In this document: in pieces, positions 28,729-42,569 of the stretch
How positions within the stretch are numbered: the stretch's first letter is position 1
Layout: each line of letters starts with the position of its first letter
Source: Auanema rhodensis
Taxonomy: Eukaryota > Animalia > Nematoda
Assembly (NCBI GenBank): GCA_964057225.1
Contig: OZ059900.1
Span: forward strand, 15,562,001 to 15,626,000
Reading direction: 5' to 3'
Length of the DNA stretch: 64,000 nucleotides
Translations under genes and position numbers: made by a program
Notes under the pieces: generated by a model
Seen by the model: the letters and a program-made list of their open reading frames with translations, nothing else
Databases searched by the model: none
What the model was told of the DNA's origin: nothing

Positions 28729-31700
28729 CCATAAGGGGCGTGCCCTCAGAATATGCTAATTTCCTTAATTTTCTAACCCCTGTTTTTTCGTCGCGAAAGT
28801 GGAACTAGACGTTGTACGAACAATTTTGAGCTAGGTTTCATTGACATTGCATGAGTTTGAACACATGAAATCGTAAGTCAAAACCTTGTTTACAGCGAAA
28901 TTTCCAAAAACTGGTTTTCCAGCATAATAAAATATTTCTCATGGGAAATACTGTGTTTTTGTATTTTTCTAGTGTTCAGCATGTAAAATGCTTCATTTTA
29001 GTATGTAACACGCTGAAATTCGTTGCATTTGACGACTCATATGAACAAAAATCGATTTAATCAATATTAGCCATAAGGGGCGTGCCCTCAGAATATGCTA
29101 ATTTCCTTAATTTTCTAACCCCTGTTTTTTTGTCGTGAAAGTGGAACCAGACGTTGTACGAACAATTTTGAGCTAGGTTTCATTGACATTGCATGAGTTT
29201 GAACACATGAAATCGTAAGTCAAAACCTTGTTTACAGCGAAATTTCCAAAAACTGGTTTTCCAGCATAATAAAATATTTCTCATGGGAAATACTGTGTTT
29301 TTGTATTTTTCTAGTGTTCAGCATGTAAAATGCTTCATTTTAGTATGTAACACGCTGAAATTCGTTGCATTTGACGACTCATATGAACAAAAATCGATTT
29401 AATCAATATTAGCCATAAGGGGCGTGCCCTCAGAATATGCTAATTTCCTTAATTTTCTAACCCCTGTTTTTTTGTCGTGAAAGTGGAACTAGACGTTGTA
29501 CGAACAATTTTGAGCTGGGTTTCATTGACATTGCATGAGTTTGAACACATGAAATCGTAAGTCAAAACCTTGTTTACAGCGAAATTTCCAAAAACTGGTT
29601 TTCCAGCATAATAAAATATTTCTCATGAGAAATACTGTGTTTTTGTATTTTTCTAGTGTTCAGCATGTAAAATGCTTCATTTTAGTATGTAACACGCTGA
29701 AATTCGTTGCATTTGACGACTCATATGAACAAAAATCGATTTAATCAATATTAGCCATAAGGGGCGTGCCCTCAGAATATGCTAATTTCCTTAATTTTCT
29801 AACCCCTGTTTTTTTGTCGTGAAAGTGGAACTAGACGTTGTACGAACAATTTTGAGCTAGGTTTCATTTACATTGCATGAGTTTGAACACATGAAATCGT
29901 AAGTCAAAACCTTGTTTACAGCGAAATTTCCAAAAACTGGTTTTCCAGCATAATAAAATATTTCTCATGAGAAATACTGTGTTTTTGTATTTTTCTAGTG
30001 TTCAGCATGTAAAATGCTTCATTTTAGTATGTAACACGCTGAAATTCGTTGCATTTGACGACTCATATGAACAAAAATCGATTTAATCAATATTAGCCAT
30101 AAGGGGCGTGCCCTCAGAATATGCTAATTTCCTTAATTTTCTAACCCCTGTTTTTTTGTCGTGAAAGTGGAACTAGACGTTGTACGAACAATTTTGAGCT
30201 AGGTTTCATTTACATTGCATGAGTTTGAACACATGAAATCGTAAGTCAAAACCTTGTTTACAGCGAAATTTCCAAAAACTGGTTTTCCAGCATAATAAAA
30301 GATTTCTCATGGGAAATACTGTGTTTTTGTATTTTTCTAGTGTTCAGCATGTAAAATGCTTCATTTTAGTATGTAACACGCTGAAATTCGTTGCATTTGA
30401 CTACTCATATGAACAAAAATCGATTTAATCAATATTAGCCATAAGGGGCGTGCCCTCAGAATATGCTAATTTCCTTAATTTTCTAACCCCTGTTTTTTTG
30501 TCGTGAAAGTGGAACTAGACGTTGTACAAACAATTTTGAGCTAGGTTTCATTGACATTGCATGAGTTTGAACACATGAAATCGTAAGTCAAAACCTTGTT
30601 TACAGCGAAATTTCCAAAAACTGGTTTTCCAGCATAATAAAATATTTCTCATGAGAAATACTGTGTTTTTGTATTTTTCTAGTGTTCAGCATGTAAAATG
30701 CTTCATTTTAGTATGTAACACGCTGAAATTCGTTGCATTTGATGACTCATATGAACAAAAATCGATTTAATCAATATTAGCCATAAGAGGCGTGCCCTCA
30801 GAATATGCTAATTTCCTTAATTTTCTAACCCCTGTTTTTTTGTCGTGAAAGTGGAACTAGACGTTGTACGAACAATTTTGAGCTGGGTTTCATTGACATT
30901 GCATGAGTTTGAACACATGAAATCGTAAGTCAAAACCTTGTTTACAGCGAAATTTCCAAAAACTGGTTTTCCAGCATAATAAAATATTTCTCATGGGAAA
31001 TACTGTGTTTTTGTATTTTTCTAGTGTTCAGCATGTAAAATGCTTCATTTTAGTATGTAACACGCTGAAATTCGTTGCATTTGACGACTCATATGAACAA
31101 AAATCGATTTAATCAATATTAGCCATAAGGGGCGTGCCCTCTGAATATGCTAATTTCCTTAATTTTCTAACCCCTGTTTTTTTGTCGTGAAAGTGGAACT
31201 AGACGTTGTACGAACAATTTTGAGCTAGGTTTCATTGACATTGCATGAGTTTGAACACATGAAATCGTAAGTCAAAACCTTGTTAACAGCGAAATTTCCA
31301 AAAACTGGTTTTTCAGCATAATAAAATATTTCTCATGAGAAATACTGTGTTTTTGTATTTTTCTAGTGTTCAGCATGTAAAATGCTAAATTTTAGTATGT
31401 AACACGCTGAAATTCGTTGCATTTGACGACTCATATGAACGAAAATCGATTTAATCAATATTAGCCTTAAAGGGCGTGCCCTCAGAATATGCTAATTTCC
31501 TTAATTTTCTAACCCCTGTTTTTTTGTCGTGAAAGTAGAACTAGACGTTGTACAAACAATTTTGAGCTAGGTTTCATTGACATTGCATGAGTTTGAACAC
31601 ATGAAATCGTAAGTCAAAACCTTGTTTACAGCGAAATTTCCAAAAACTGGTTTTCCAGCATAATAAAATATTTCTCATGGGAAATACTGTGTTTTTGTAT

Positions 31701-34700
31701 TTTTCTAGAGTTCAGCATGTGAAATGCTTCATTTTAGTATGTAATACGCTGAAATTCGTTGCATTTGACGACTCATATGAACAAAAATCGATTTAATCAA
31801 TATTAGCCATAAGGGGCGTGCCCTCAGAATATGCTAATTTCCTTAATTTTCTAACCCCTGTTTTTTTGTCGTGAAAGTGGAACTAGACGTTGTACGAACA
31901 ATTTTGAGCTAGGTTTCATTTACATTGCATGAGTTTGAACACATGAAATCGTAAGTCAAAACCTTGTTTACAGCGAAATTTCCAAAAACTGGTTTTCCAG
32001 CATAATAAAATATTTCTCATGGGAAATACTGTGTTTTTGTATTTTTCTAGTGTTCAGCATGTAAAATGCTTCATTTTAGTATGTAACACGCTGAAATTCG
32101 TTGCATTTGACGACTCATATGAACAAAAATCGATTTAATCAATATTAGCCATAAGGGGCGTGCCCTCAGAATATGCTAATTTCCTTAATTTTCTAACCCC
32201 TGTTTTTTTGTCGTGAAAGTGGAACTAGACGTTGTACGAACAATTTTGAGCTAGGTTTCATTTACGTTGCATGAGTTTGAACACATGAAATCGTAAGTCA
32301 AAACCTTGTTTACAGCGAAATTTCCAAAAACTGGTTTTCCAGCATAATAAAATATTTCTCATGGGAAATACTGTGTTTTTGTATTTTTCTAGTGTTCAGC
32401 ATGTAAAATGCTTCATTTTAGTATGTAACACGCTGAAATTCGTTGCATTTGACGACTCATATGAACAAAAACCGATTTAATCAATATTAGCCATAAGGGG
32501 CGTGCCCTCAGAATATGCTAATTTCCTTAATTTTCTAACCCCTGTTTTTTTGTCGTGAAAGTGGAACTAGACGTTGTACGAACAATTTTGAGCTAGGTTT
32601 CATTTACATTGCATGAGTTTGAACACATGAAATCGTAAGTCAAAACCTTGTTTACAGCGAAATTTCCAAAAACTGGTTTTCCAGCATAATAAAATATTTC
32701 TCATGAGAAATACTGTGTTTTTGTATTTTTCTAGTGTTCAGCATGTAAAATGCTTCATTTTAGTATGTAACACGCTGAAATTCGTTGCATTTGACGATTC
32801 ATATGAACAAAAATCGATTTAATCAATATTAGCCATAAGGGGCGTGCCCTCAGAATATGCTAATTTCCTTAATTTTCTAACCCCTGTTTTTTTGTCGTGA
32901 AAGTGGAACTAGACGTTGTACGAACAATTTTGAGCTAGGTTTCATTTACATTGCATGAGTTTGAACACATGAAATGGTAAGTCAAAACCTTGTTTACAGC
33001 GAAATTTCCAAAAACTGGTTTTCCAGCATAATAAAATATTTCTCATGGGAAATACTGTGTTTTTGTATTTTTCTAGTGTTCAGCATGTAAAATGCTTCAT
33101 TTTAGTATGTAACACGCTGAAATTCGTTGCATTTGACTACTCATATGAACAAAAATCGATTTAATCAATATTAGCCATAAGGGGCGTGCCCTCAGAATAT
33201 GCTAATTTCCTTAATTTTCTAACCCCTGTTTTTTTGTCGTGAAAGTGGAACTAGACGTTGTACAAACAATATTGAGCTAGGTTTCATTGACATTGCATGA
33301 GTTTGAACACATGAAATCGTAAGTCAAAACCTTGTTTACAGCGAAATTTCCAAAAACTGGTTTTCCAGCATAATAAAATATTTCTCATGAGAAATACTGT
33401 GTTTTTGTATTTTTCTAGTGTTCAGCATGTAAAATGCTTCATTTTAGTATGTAACACGCTGAAATTCGTTGCATTTGACGACTCATATGAACAAAAATCG
33501 ATTTAATCAATATTAGCCATAAGGGGCGTGCCCTCAGAATATGCTAATTTCCTTAATTTTCTAACCCCTGTTTTTTTTGTCGTGAAAGTGGAACTAGACG
33601 TTGTACGAACAATTTTGAGCTAGGTTTCATTGACATTGCATGAGTTTGAACACATGAAATCGTAAGTCAAAACCTTGTTTACAGCGAAATTTCCAAAAAC
33701 TGGTTTTCCAGCATAATAAAATATTTCTCATGGGAAATACTGTGTTTTTGTATTTTTCTAGTGTTCAGCATGTGAAATGCTTCATTTTAGTATGTAACAC
33801 GCTGAAATTCGTTGCATTTGACGACTCATATGAACAAAAATCGATTTAATCAATATTAGCCATAAGGGGCGTGCCCTCAGAATATGCTAATTTCCTTAAT
33901 TTTCTAACCCCTGTTTTTTTGTCGTGAAAGTGGAACTAGACGTTGTACGAACAATTTTGAGCTAGGTTTCATTGACATTGCATGAGTTTGAACACATGAA
34001 ATCGTAAGTCAAAACCTTGTTTACAGCGAAATTTCCAAAAACTGGTTTTCCAGCATAATAAAATATTTCTCATGAGAAACACTGTGTTTTTGTATTTTTC
34101 TAGTGTTCAGCATGTAAAATGCTTCATTTTAGTATGTAACACGCTGAAGTTCGTTGCATTTGACGACTCATATGAACAAATATCGATTTAATCAATATTA
34201 GCCATAAGGGGCGTGCCCTCAGAATATGCTAATTTCCTTAATTTTCTAACCCCTGTTTTTTTGTCGTGAAAGTGGAACTAGACGTTGTACGAACAATTTT
34301 GAGCTAGGTTTCATTTACATTGCATGAGTTTGAACACATGAAATCGTAAGTCAAAACCTTGTTTACAGCGAAATTTCCAAAAACTGGTTTTCCAGCATAA
34401 TAAAATATTTCTCATGGGAAATACTGTGTTTTTGTATTTTTCTAGTGTTCAGCATGTAAAATGCTTCATTTTAGTATGTAACACGCTGAAATTCGTTGCA
34501 TTTGACGACTCATATGAACAAAAATCGATTTAATCAATATTAGCCATAAGGGGCGTGCCCTCAGAATATGCTAATTTCCTTAATTTTCTAACCCCTGTTT
34601 TTTTGTCGTGAAAGTGGAACTAGACGTTTTACGAACAATTTTGAGCTAGGTTTCATTGACATTGCATGAGTTTGAACACATGAAATCGTAAGTCAAAACC

Positions 34701-37700
34701 TTGTTTACAGCGAAATTTCCAAAAACTGGTTTTCCAGCATAATAAAATATTTCTCATGGGAAATACTGTGTTTTTGTATTTTTCTAGTGTTCAGCATGTA
34801 AAATGCTTCATTTTAGTATGTAACACGCTGAAATTCGTTGCATTTGACGACTCATATGAACAAAAATCGATTTAATCAATATTATCCATAAGGGGCGTGC
34901 CCTCAGAATATGCTAATTTCCTTAATTTTCTAACCCCTGTTTTTTTGTCGTGAAAGTGGAACTAGACGTTGTACGAACAATTTTGAGCTAGGTTTCAGTT
35001 ACATTGCATGAGTTTGAACACATGAAATCGTAAGTCAAAACCTTGTTTACAGCGAAATTTCCAAAAACTGGTTTTCCAGCATAATAAAATATTTCTCATG
35101 AGAAATACTGTGTTTTTGTATTTTTCTAGTGTTCAGCATGTAAAATGCTTCATTTTAGTATGTAACACGCTGAAATTCGTTGCATTTGATGACTCATATG
35201 AACAAAAATCGATTTAATCAATATTAGCCATAAGGGGCGTGCCCTCAGAATATGCTAATTTCCTTAATTTTCTAACCCCTGTTTTTTTGTCGTGAAAGTG
35301 GAACTAGACGTTGTACGAACAATTTTGAGCTGGGTTTCATTGACATTGCATGAGTTTGAACACATGAAATCGTAAGTCAAAACCTTGTTTACAGCGAAAT
35401 TTCCAAAAACTGGTTTTCCAGCATAATAAAATATTTCTCATGGGAAATACTGTGTTTTTGTATTTTTCTAGTGTTCAGCATGTAAAATGCTTCATTTTAG
35501 TATGTAACACGCTGAAATTCGTTGCATTTGACGACTCATATGAACAAAAATCGATTTAATCAATATTAGCCATAAGGGGCGTGCCCTCTGAATATGCTAA
35601 TTTCCTTAATTTTCTAACCCCTGTTTTTTTGTCGTGAAAGTGGAACTAGACGTTGTACGAACAATTTTGAGCTAGGTTTCATTGACATTGCATGAGTTTG
35701 AACACATGAAATCGTAAGTCAAAACCTTGTTAACAGCGAAATTTCCAAAAACTGGTTTTTCAGCATAATAAAATATTTCTCATGAGAAATACTGTGTTTT
35801 TGTATTTTTCTAGTGTTCAGCATGTAAAATGCTAAATTTTAGTATGTAACACGCTGAAATTCGTTGCATTTGACGACTCATATGAACAAAAATCGATTTA
35901 ATCAATATTAGCCATAAGGGGCGTGCCCTCAGAATATGCTAATTTCCTTAATTTTCTAACCCCTGTTTTTTTGTCGTGAAAGTGGAACTAGACGTTGTAC
36001 GAACAATTTTGAGCTAGGTTTCATTTACATTGCATGAGTTTGAACACATGAAATCGTAAGTCAAAACCTTGTTTACAGCGAAATTTCCAAAAACTGGTTT
36101 TCCAGCATAATAAAATATTTCTCATGAGAAATACTGTGTTTTTGTATTTTTCTAGTGTTCAGCATGTAAAATGCTTCATTTTAGTATGTAACACGCTGAA
36201 ATTCGTTGCATTTGACGACTCATATGAACAAAAATCGATTTAATCAATATTAGCCATAAGGGGCGTGCCCTCAGAATATGCTAATTTCCTTAATTTTCTA
36301 ACCCCTGTTTTTTTTGTCGTGAAAGTGGAACTAGACGTTGTACGAACAATTTTGAGCTAGGTTTCATTGACATTGCATGAGTTTGAACACATGAAATCGT
36401 AAGTCAAAACCTTGTTTACAGCGAAATTTCCAAAAACTGGTTTTCCAGCATAATAAAATATTTCTCATGGGAAATACTGTGTTTTTGTATTTTTCTAATG
36501 TTCAGCATGTGAAATGCTTCATTTTAGTATGTAACACGCTGAAATTCGTTGCATTTGACGACTCATATGAACAAAAATCGATTTAATCAATATTAGCCAT
36601 AAGGGGCGTGCCCTCAGAATATGCTAATTTCCTTAATTTTCTAACCCCTGTTTTTTTGTCGTGAAAGTGGAACTAGACGTTGTACAAACAATTTTGAGCT
36701 AGGTTTCATTGACATTGCATGAGTTTGAACACATGAAATCGTAAGTCAAAACCTTGTTTACAGCGAAATTTCCAAAAACTGGTTTTCCAGCATAATAAAA
36801 TATTTCTCATGAGAAATACTGTGTTTTTGTATTTTTCTAGTGTTCAGCATGTAAAATGCTTCATTTTAGTATGTAACACGCTGAAATTCGTTGCATTTGA
36901 CGACTCATATGAACAAAAATCGATTTAATCAATATTAGCCATAAGGGGCGTGCCCTCAGAATATGCTAATTTCCTTAATTTTCTAACCCCTGTTTTTTTG
37001 TCGTGAAAGTGGAACTAGACGTTGTACGAACAATTTTGAGCTAGGTTTCATTTACATTGCATGAGTTTGAACACATGAAATCGTAAGTCAAAACCTTGTT
37101 TACAGCGAAATTTCCAAAAACTGGTTTTCCAGCATAATAAAATATTTCTCATGGGAAATACTGTGTTTTTGTATTTTTCTAGTGTTCAGCATGTAAAATG
37201 CTTCATTTTAGTATGTAACACGCTGAAATTCGTTGCATTTGACGACTCATATGAACAAAAATCGATTTAATCAATATTAGCCATAAGGGGCGTGCCCTCA
37301 GAATATGCTAATTTCCTTAATTTTCTAACCCCTGTTTTTTTGTCGTGAAAGTGGAACTAGACGTTGTACGAACAATTTTGAGCTAGGTTTCATTTACGTT
37401 GCATGAGTTTGAACACATGAAATCGTAAGTCAAAACCTTGTTTACAGCGAAATTTCCAAAAACTGGTTTTCCAGCATAATAAAATATTTCTCATGGGAAA
37501 TACTGTGTTTTTGTATTTTTCTAGTGTTCAGCATGTAAAATGCTTCATTTTAGTATGTAACACGCTGAAATTCGTTGCATTTGACGACTCATATGAACAA
37601 AAACCGATTTAATCAATATTAGCCATAAGGGGCGTGCCCTCAGAATATGCTAATTTCCTTAATTTTCTAACCCCTGTTTTTTTGTCGTGAAAGTGGAACT

Positions 37701-39332
37701 AGACGTTGTACGAACAATTTTGAGCTAGGTTTCATTTACATTGCATGAGTTTGAACACATGAAATCGTAAGTCAAAACCTTGTTTACAGCGAAATTTCCA
37801 AAAACTGGTTTTCCAGCATAATAAAATATTTCTCATGAGAAATACTGTGTTTTTGTATTTTTCTAGTGTTCAGCATGTAAAATGCTTCATTTTAGTATGT
37901 AACACGCTGAAATTCGTTGCATTTGACTACTCATATGAACAAAAATCGATTTAATCAATATTAGCCATAAGGGGCGTGCCCTCAGAATATGCTAATTTCC
38001 TTAATTTTCTAACCCCTGTTTTTTTGTCGTGAAAGTAGAACTAGACGTTGTACAAACAATTTTGAGCTAGGTTTCATTGACATTGCATGAGTTTGAACAC
38101 ATGAAATCGTAAGTCAAAACCTTGTTTACAGCGAAATTTCCAAAAACTGGTTTTCCAGCATAATAAAATATTTCTCATGGGAAATACTGTGTTTTTGTAT
38201 TTTTCTAGAGTTCAGCATGTGAAATGCTTCATTTTAGTATGTAATACGCTGAAATTCGTTGCATTTGACGACTCATATGAACAAAAATCGATTTAATCAA
38301 TATTAGCCATAAGGGGCGTGCCCTCAGAATATGCTAATTTCCTTAATTTTCTAACCCCTGTTTTTTTGTCGTGAAAGTGGAACTAGACGTTGTACGAACA
38401 ATTTTGAGCTAGGTTTCATTTACATTGCATGAGTTTGCACACATGAAATCGTAAGTCAAAACCTTGTTTACAGCGAAATTTCCAAAAACTGGTTTTCCAG
38501 CATAATAAAATATTTCTCATGGGAAATACTGTGTTTTTGTATTTTTCTAGTGTTCAGCATGTAAAATGCTTCATTTTAGTATGTAACACGCTGAAATTCG
38601 TTGCATTTGACTACTCATATGAACAAAAATCGATTTAATCAATATTAGCCATAAGGGGCGTGCCCTCCGAATATGCTAATTTCCTTAATTTTCTAACCCC
38701 TGTTTTTTTGTCGTGAAAGTGGAACTAGACGTTGTACAAACAATTTTGAGCTAGGTTTCATTGACATTGCATGAGTTTGAACACATGAAATCGTAAGTCA
38801 AAACCTTGTTTACAGCGAAATTTCCAAAAACTGGTTTTCCAGCATAATAAAATATTTCTCATGAGAAATACTGTGTTTTTGTATTTTTCTAGTGTTCAGC
38901 ATGTAAAATGCTTCATTTTAGTATGTAACACGCTGAAATTCGTTGCATTTGACGACTCATATGAACAAAAATCGATTTAATCAATATTAGCCATAAGGGG
39001 CGTGCCCTCAGAATATGCTAATTTCCTTAATTTTCTAACCCCTGTTTTTTTGTCGTGAAAGTGGAACTAGACGTTGTACGAACAATTTTGAGCTAGGTTT
39101 CATTTACATTGCATGAGTTTGAACACATGAAATGGTAAGTCAAAACCTTGTTTACAGCGAAATTTCCAAAAACTGGTTTTCCAGCATAATAAAATATTTC
39201 TCATGGGAAATACTGTGTTTTTGTATTTTTCTAGTGTTCAGCATGTAAAATGCTTCATTTTAGTATGTAACACGCTGAAATTCGTTGCATTTGACTACTC
39301 ATATGAACAAAAATCGATTTAATCAATATTAG

Positions 39333-42070
39333 CCATAAGGGGCGTGCCCTCAGAATATGCTAATTTCCTTAATTTTCTAACCCCTGTTTTTTTGTCGTGA
39401 AAGTGGAACTAGACGTTGTACAAACAATATTGAGCTAGGTTTCATTGACATTGCATGAGTTTGAACACATGAAATCGTAAGTCAAAACCTTGTTTACAGC
39501 GAAATTTCCAAAAACTGGTTTTCCAGCATAATAAAATATTTCTCATGAGAAATACTGTGTTTTTGTATTTTTCTAGTGTTCAGCATGTAAAATGCTTCAT
39601 TTTAGTATGTAACACGCTGAAATTCGTTGCATTTGACGACTCATATGAACAAAAATCGATTTAATCAATATTAGCCATAAGGGGCGTGCCCTCAGAATAT
39701 GCTAATTTCCTTAATTTTCTAACCCCTGTTTTTTTTGTCGTGAAAGTGGAACTAGACGTTGTACGAACAATTTTGAGCTAGGTTTCATTGACATTGCATG
39801 AGTTTGAACACATGAAATCGTAAGTCAAAACCTTGTTTACAGCGAAATTTCCAAAAACTGGTTTTCCAGCATAATAAAATATTTCTCATGGGAAATACTG
39901 TGTTTTTGTATTTTTCTAATGTTCAGCATGTGAAATGCTTCATTTTAGTATGTAACACGCTGAAATTCGTTGCATTTGACGACTCATATGAACAAAAATC
40001 GATTTAATCAATATTAGCCATAAGGGGCGTGCCCTCAGAATATGCTAATTTCCTTAATTTTCTAACCCCTGTTTTTTTGTCGTGAAAGTGGAACTAGACG
40101 TTGTACAAACAATTTTGAGCTAGGTTTCATTGACATTGCATGAGTTTGAACACATGAAATCGTAAGTCAAAACCTTGTTTACAGCGAAATTTCCAAAAAC
40201 TGGTTTTCCAGCATAATAAAATATTTCTCATGAGAAATACTGTGTTTTTGTATTTTTCTAGTGTTCAGCATGTAAAATGCTTCATTTTAGTATGTAACAC
40301 GCTGAAATTCGTTGCATTTGACGACTCATATGAACAAAAATCGATTTAATCAATATTAGCCATAAGGGGCGTGCCCTCAGAATATGCTAATTTCCTTAAT
40401 TTTCTAACCCCTGTTTTTTTGTCGTGAAAGTGGAACTAGACGTTGTACGAACAATTTTGAGCTAGGTTTCATTTACATTGCATGAGTTTGAACACATGAA
40501 ATCGTAAGTCAAAACCTTGTTTACAGCGAAATTTCCAAAAACTGGTTTTCCAGCATAATAAAATATTTCTCATGGGAAATACTGTGTTTTTGTATTTTTC
40601 TAGTGTTCAGCATGTAAAATGCTTCATTTTAGTATGTAACACGCTGAAATTCGTTGCATTTGACGACTCATATGAACAAAAATCGATTTAATCAATATTA
40701 GCCATAAGGGGCGTGCCCTCAGAATATGCTAATTTCCTTAATTTTCTAACCCCTGTTTTTTTGTCGTGAAAGTGGAACTAGACGTTGTACAAACAATATT
40801 GAGCTAGGTTTCATTGACATTGCATGAGTTTGAACACATGAAATCGTAAGTCAAAACCTTGTTTACAGCGAAATTTCCAAAAACTGGTTTTCCAGCATAA
40901 TAAAATATTTCTCATGAGAAATACTGTGTTTTTGTATTTTTCTAGTGTTCAGCATGTAAAATGCTTCATTTTAGTATGTAACACGCTGAAATTCGTTGCA
41001 TTTGACGACTCATATGAACAAAAATCGATTTAATCAATATTAGCCATAAGGGGCGTGCCCTCAGAATATGCTAATTTCCTTAATTTTCTAACCCCTGTTT
41101 TTTTTGTCGTGAAAGTGGAACTAGACGTTGTACGAACAATTTTGAGCTAGGTTTCATTGACATTGCATGAGTTTGAACACATGAAATCGTAAGTCAAAAC
41201 CTTGTTTACAGCGAAATTTCCAAAAACTGGTTTTCCAGCATAATAAAATATTTCTCATGGGAAATACTGTGTTTTTGTATTTTTCTAATGTTCAGCATGT
41301 GAAATGCTTCATTTTAGTATGTAACACGCTGAAATTCGTTGCATTTGACGACTCATATGAACAAAAATCGATTTAATCAATATTAGCCATAAGGGGCGTG
41401 CCCTCAGAATATGCTAATTTCCTTAATTTTCTAACCCCTGTTTTTTTGTCGTGAAAGTGGAACTAGACGTTGTACAAACAATTTTGAGCTAGGTTTCATT
41501 GACATTGCATGAGTTTGAACACATGAAATCGTAAGTCAAAACCTTGTTTACAGCGAAATTTCCAAAAACTGGTTTTCCAGCATAATAAAATATTTCTCAT
41601 GAGAAATACTGTGTTTTTGTATTTTTCTAGTGTTCAGCATGTAAAATGCTTCATTTTAGTATGTAACACGCTGAAATTCGTTGCATTTGACGACTCATAT
41701 GAACAAAAATCGATTTAATCAATATTAGCCATAAGGGGCGTGCCCTCAGAATATGCTAATTTCCTTAATTTTCTAACCCCTGTTTTTTTGTCGTGAAAGT
41801 GGAACTAGACGTTGTACGAACAATTTTGAGCTAGGTTTCATTTACATTGCATGAGTTTGAACACATGAAATCGTAAGTCAAAACCTTGTTTACAGCGAAA
41901 TTTCCAAAAACTGGTTTTCCAGCATAATAAAATATTTCTCATGGGAAATACTGTGTTTTTGTATTTTTCTAGTGTTCAGCATGTAAAATGCTTCATTTTA
42001 GTATGTAACACGCTGAAATTCGTTGCATTTGACGACTCATATGAACAAAAATCGATTTAATCAATATTAG
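39333..42070. repeat. 4-monomer higher-order unit (1,369 bp) duplicated in tandem, ending at the monomer that carries the insertion
   Basis: GTACA+AATATT+GAGAAA; T8+CTAATG+GTGAAA; GTACA+GAGAAA; TTTAC at 39333-40701 and again at 40702-42070. Confidence 0.88.
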
Positions 42071-42079
42071 CCATAAGGG

Positions 42080-42083
42080 GCGT
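42080..42083. other. Target-site duplication GCGT (left copy)
   Basis: Left junction ...AAGGG[GCGT]TGAAATA. The empty monomer reads AAGGG[GCGT]GCCCTC. Confidence 0.93.
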
Positions 42084-42569
42084 TGAAATACAAATGTGGA
42101 AAGAAAAGACAAAGAAAGGGAAGAGAAATAAATTTATTGAAAACAAAAGGAAACTTATAAAAATACAAAATATAATTGAACTGTCAAAATATGAAATAAA
42201 ATTGTTTACATCAACAATTTTAGGCCAAATAATCATTTTAATCATTTTATCATTTTATCTTAGATGTTCAGGTTGTTTGCATGGTGTTTACAAGCGTTGA
42301 GTTGATAACCTGCCAATAAAGTAACATCTTGAAATCTTAAACTGAAACTATAATATATATATATATTCTTGTTCTCCGTAACAAGACAAATCTAATTATG
42401 CTAATTTCACGTATCTAACTATGCGTTATAAATTATGTGATTTTATAAATTGCATTGATGGTTTAAGAAAGCTCAAGTTAACCATTTAATGGGATGTAAC
42501 TAAGAAAATTATTTGAATAAGCAATCATTAAACCTTCATTTAGTTGTGGTTTTGAACACATTTGTGACA
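42084..42569 (-). repeat. 3' LTR (486 bp)
   Basis: + strand TGAAATACAAATG...CATTTGTGACA. Direct repeat of 48397-48882 (offset 6313) with one mismatch seen (G42378 vs A48691). Confidence 0.97.
42133..42138 (-). terminator. Putative polyadenylation signal AATAAA in the 3' LTR
   Basis: + strand TTTATT about 50 nt from the LTR end, followed on the minus strand by a long T/C-rich tract. Position is typical of the R/U5 region; not experimentally supported. Confidence 0.5.

Larger units (their letters stand above)
1..42083. repeat. Tandem satellite DNA array, 342-bp monomer (left arm, 123 complete monomers plus the first 13 bp of the interrupted monomer)
   Basis: CCATAAGGGGCGTGCCCTCAGAATATGC recurs at 1, 343, 685, 1027 ... 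with a 342-bp period. 123x342 plus four +1 T insertions (monomers at 33517, 36254, 39675, 41044) equals 42070. Copies differ by 0-7 substitutions. The array is cut by the window start. Confidence 0.99.

Noticed and set aside
1-42070. CRISPR array, or tandem 5S rRNA / SL RNA / snRNA / tRNA gene array
   Set aside because: No unique spacers, no SL1 leader, no 5S or tRNA structure. AATTTTGAG resembles an Sm site and GTTTCA the piRNA upstream core, but each is an isolated short word without supporting context.
42057-42300. 62-aa and 68-aa ORFs over the LTR (also 48407-48613)
   Set aside because: Low-complexity K/I/F-rich translations of AT-rich LTR sequence; one crosses the TE-satellite junction.
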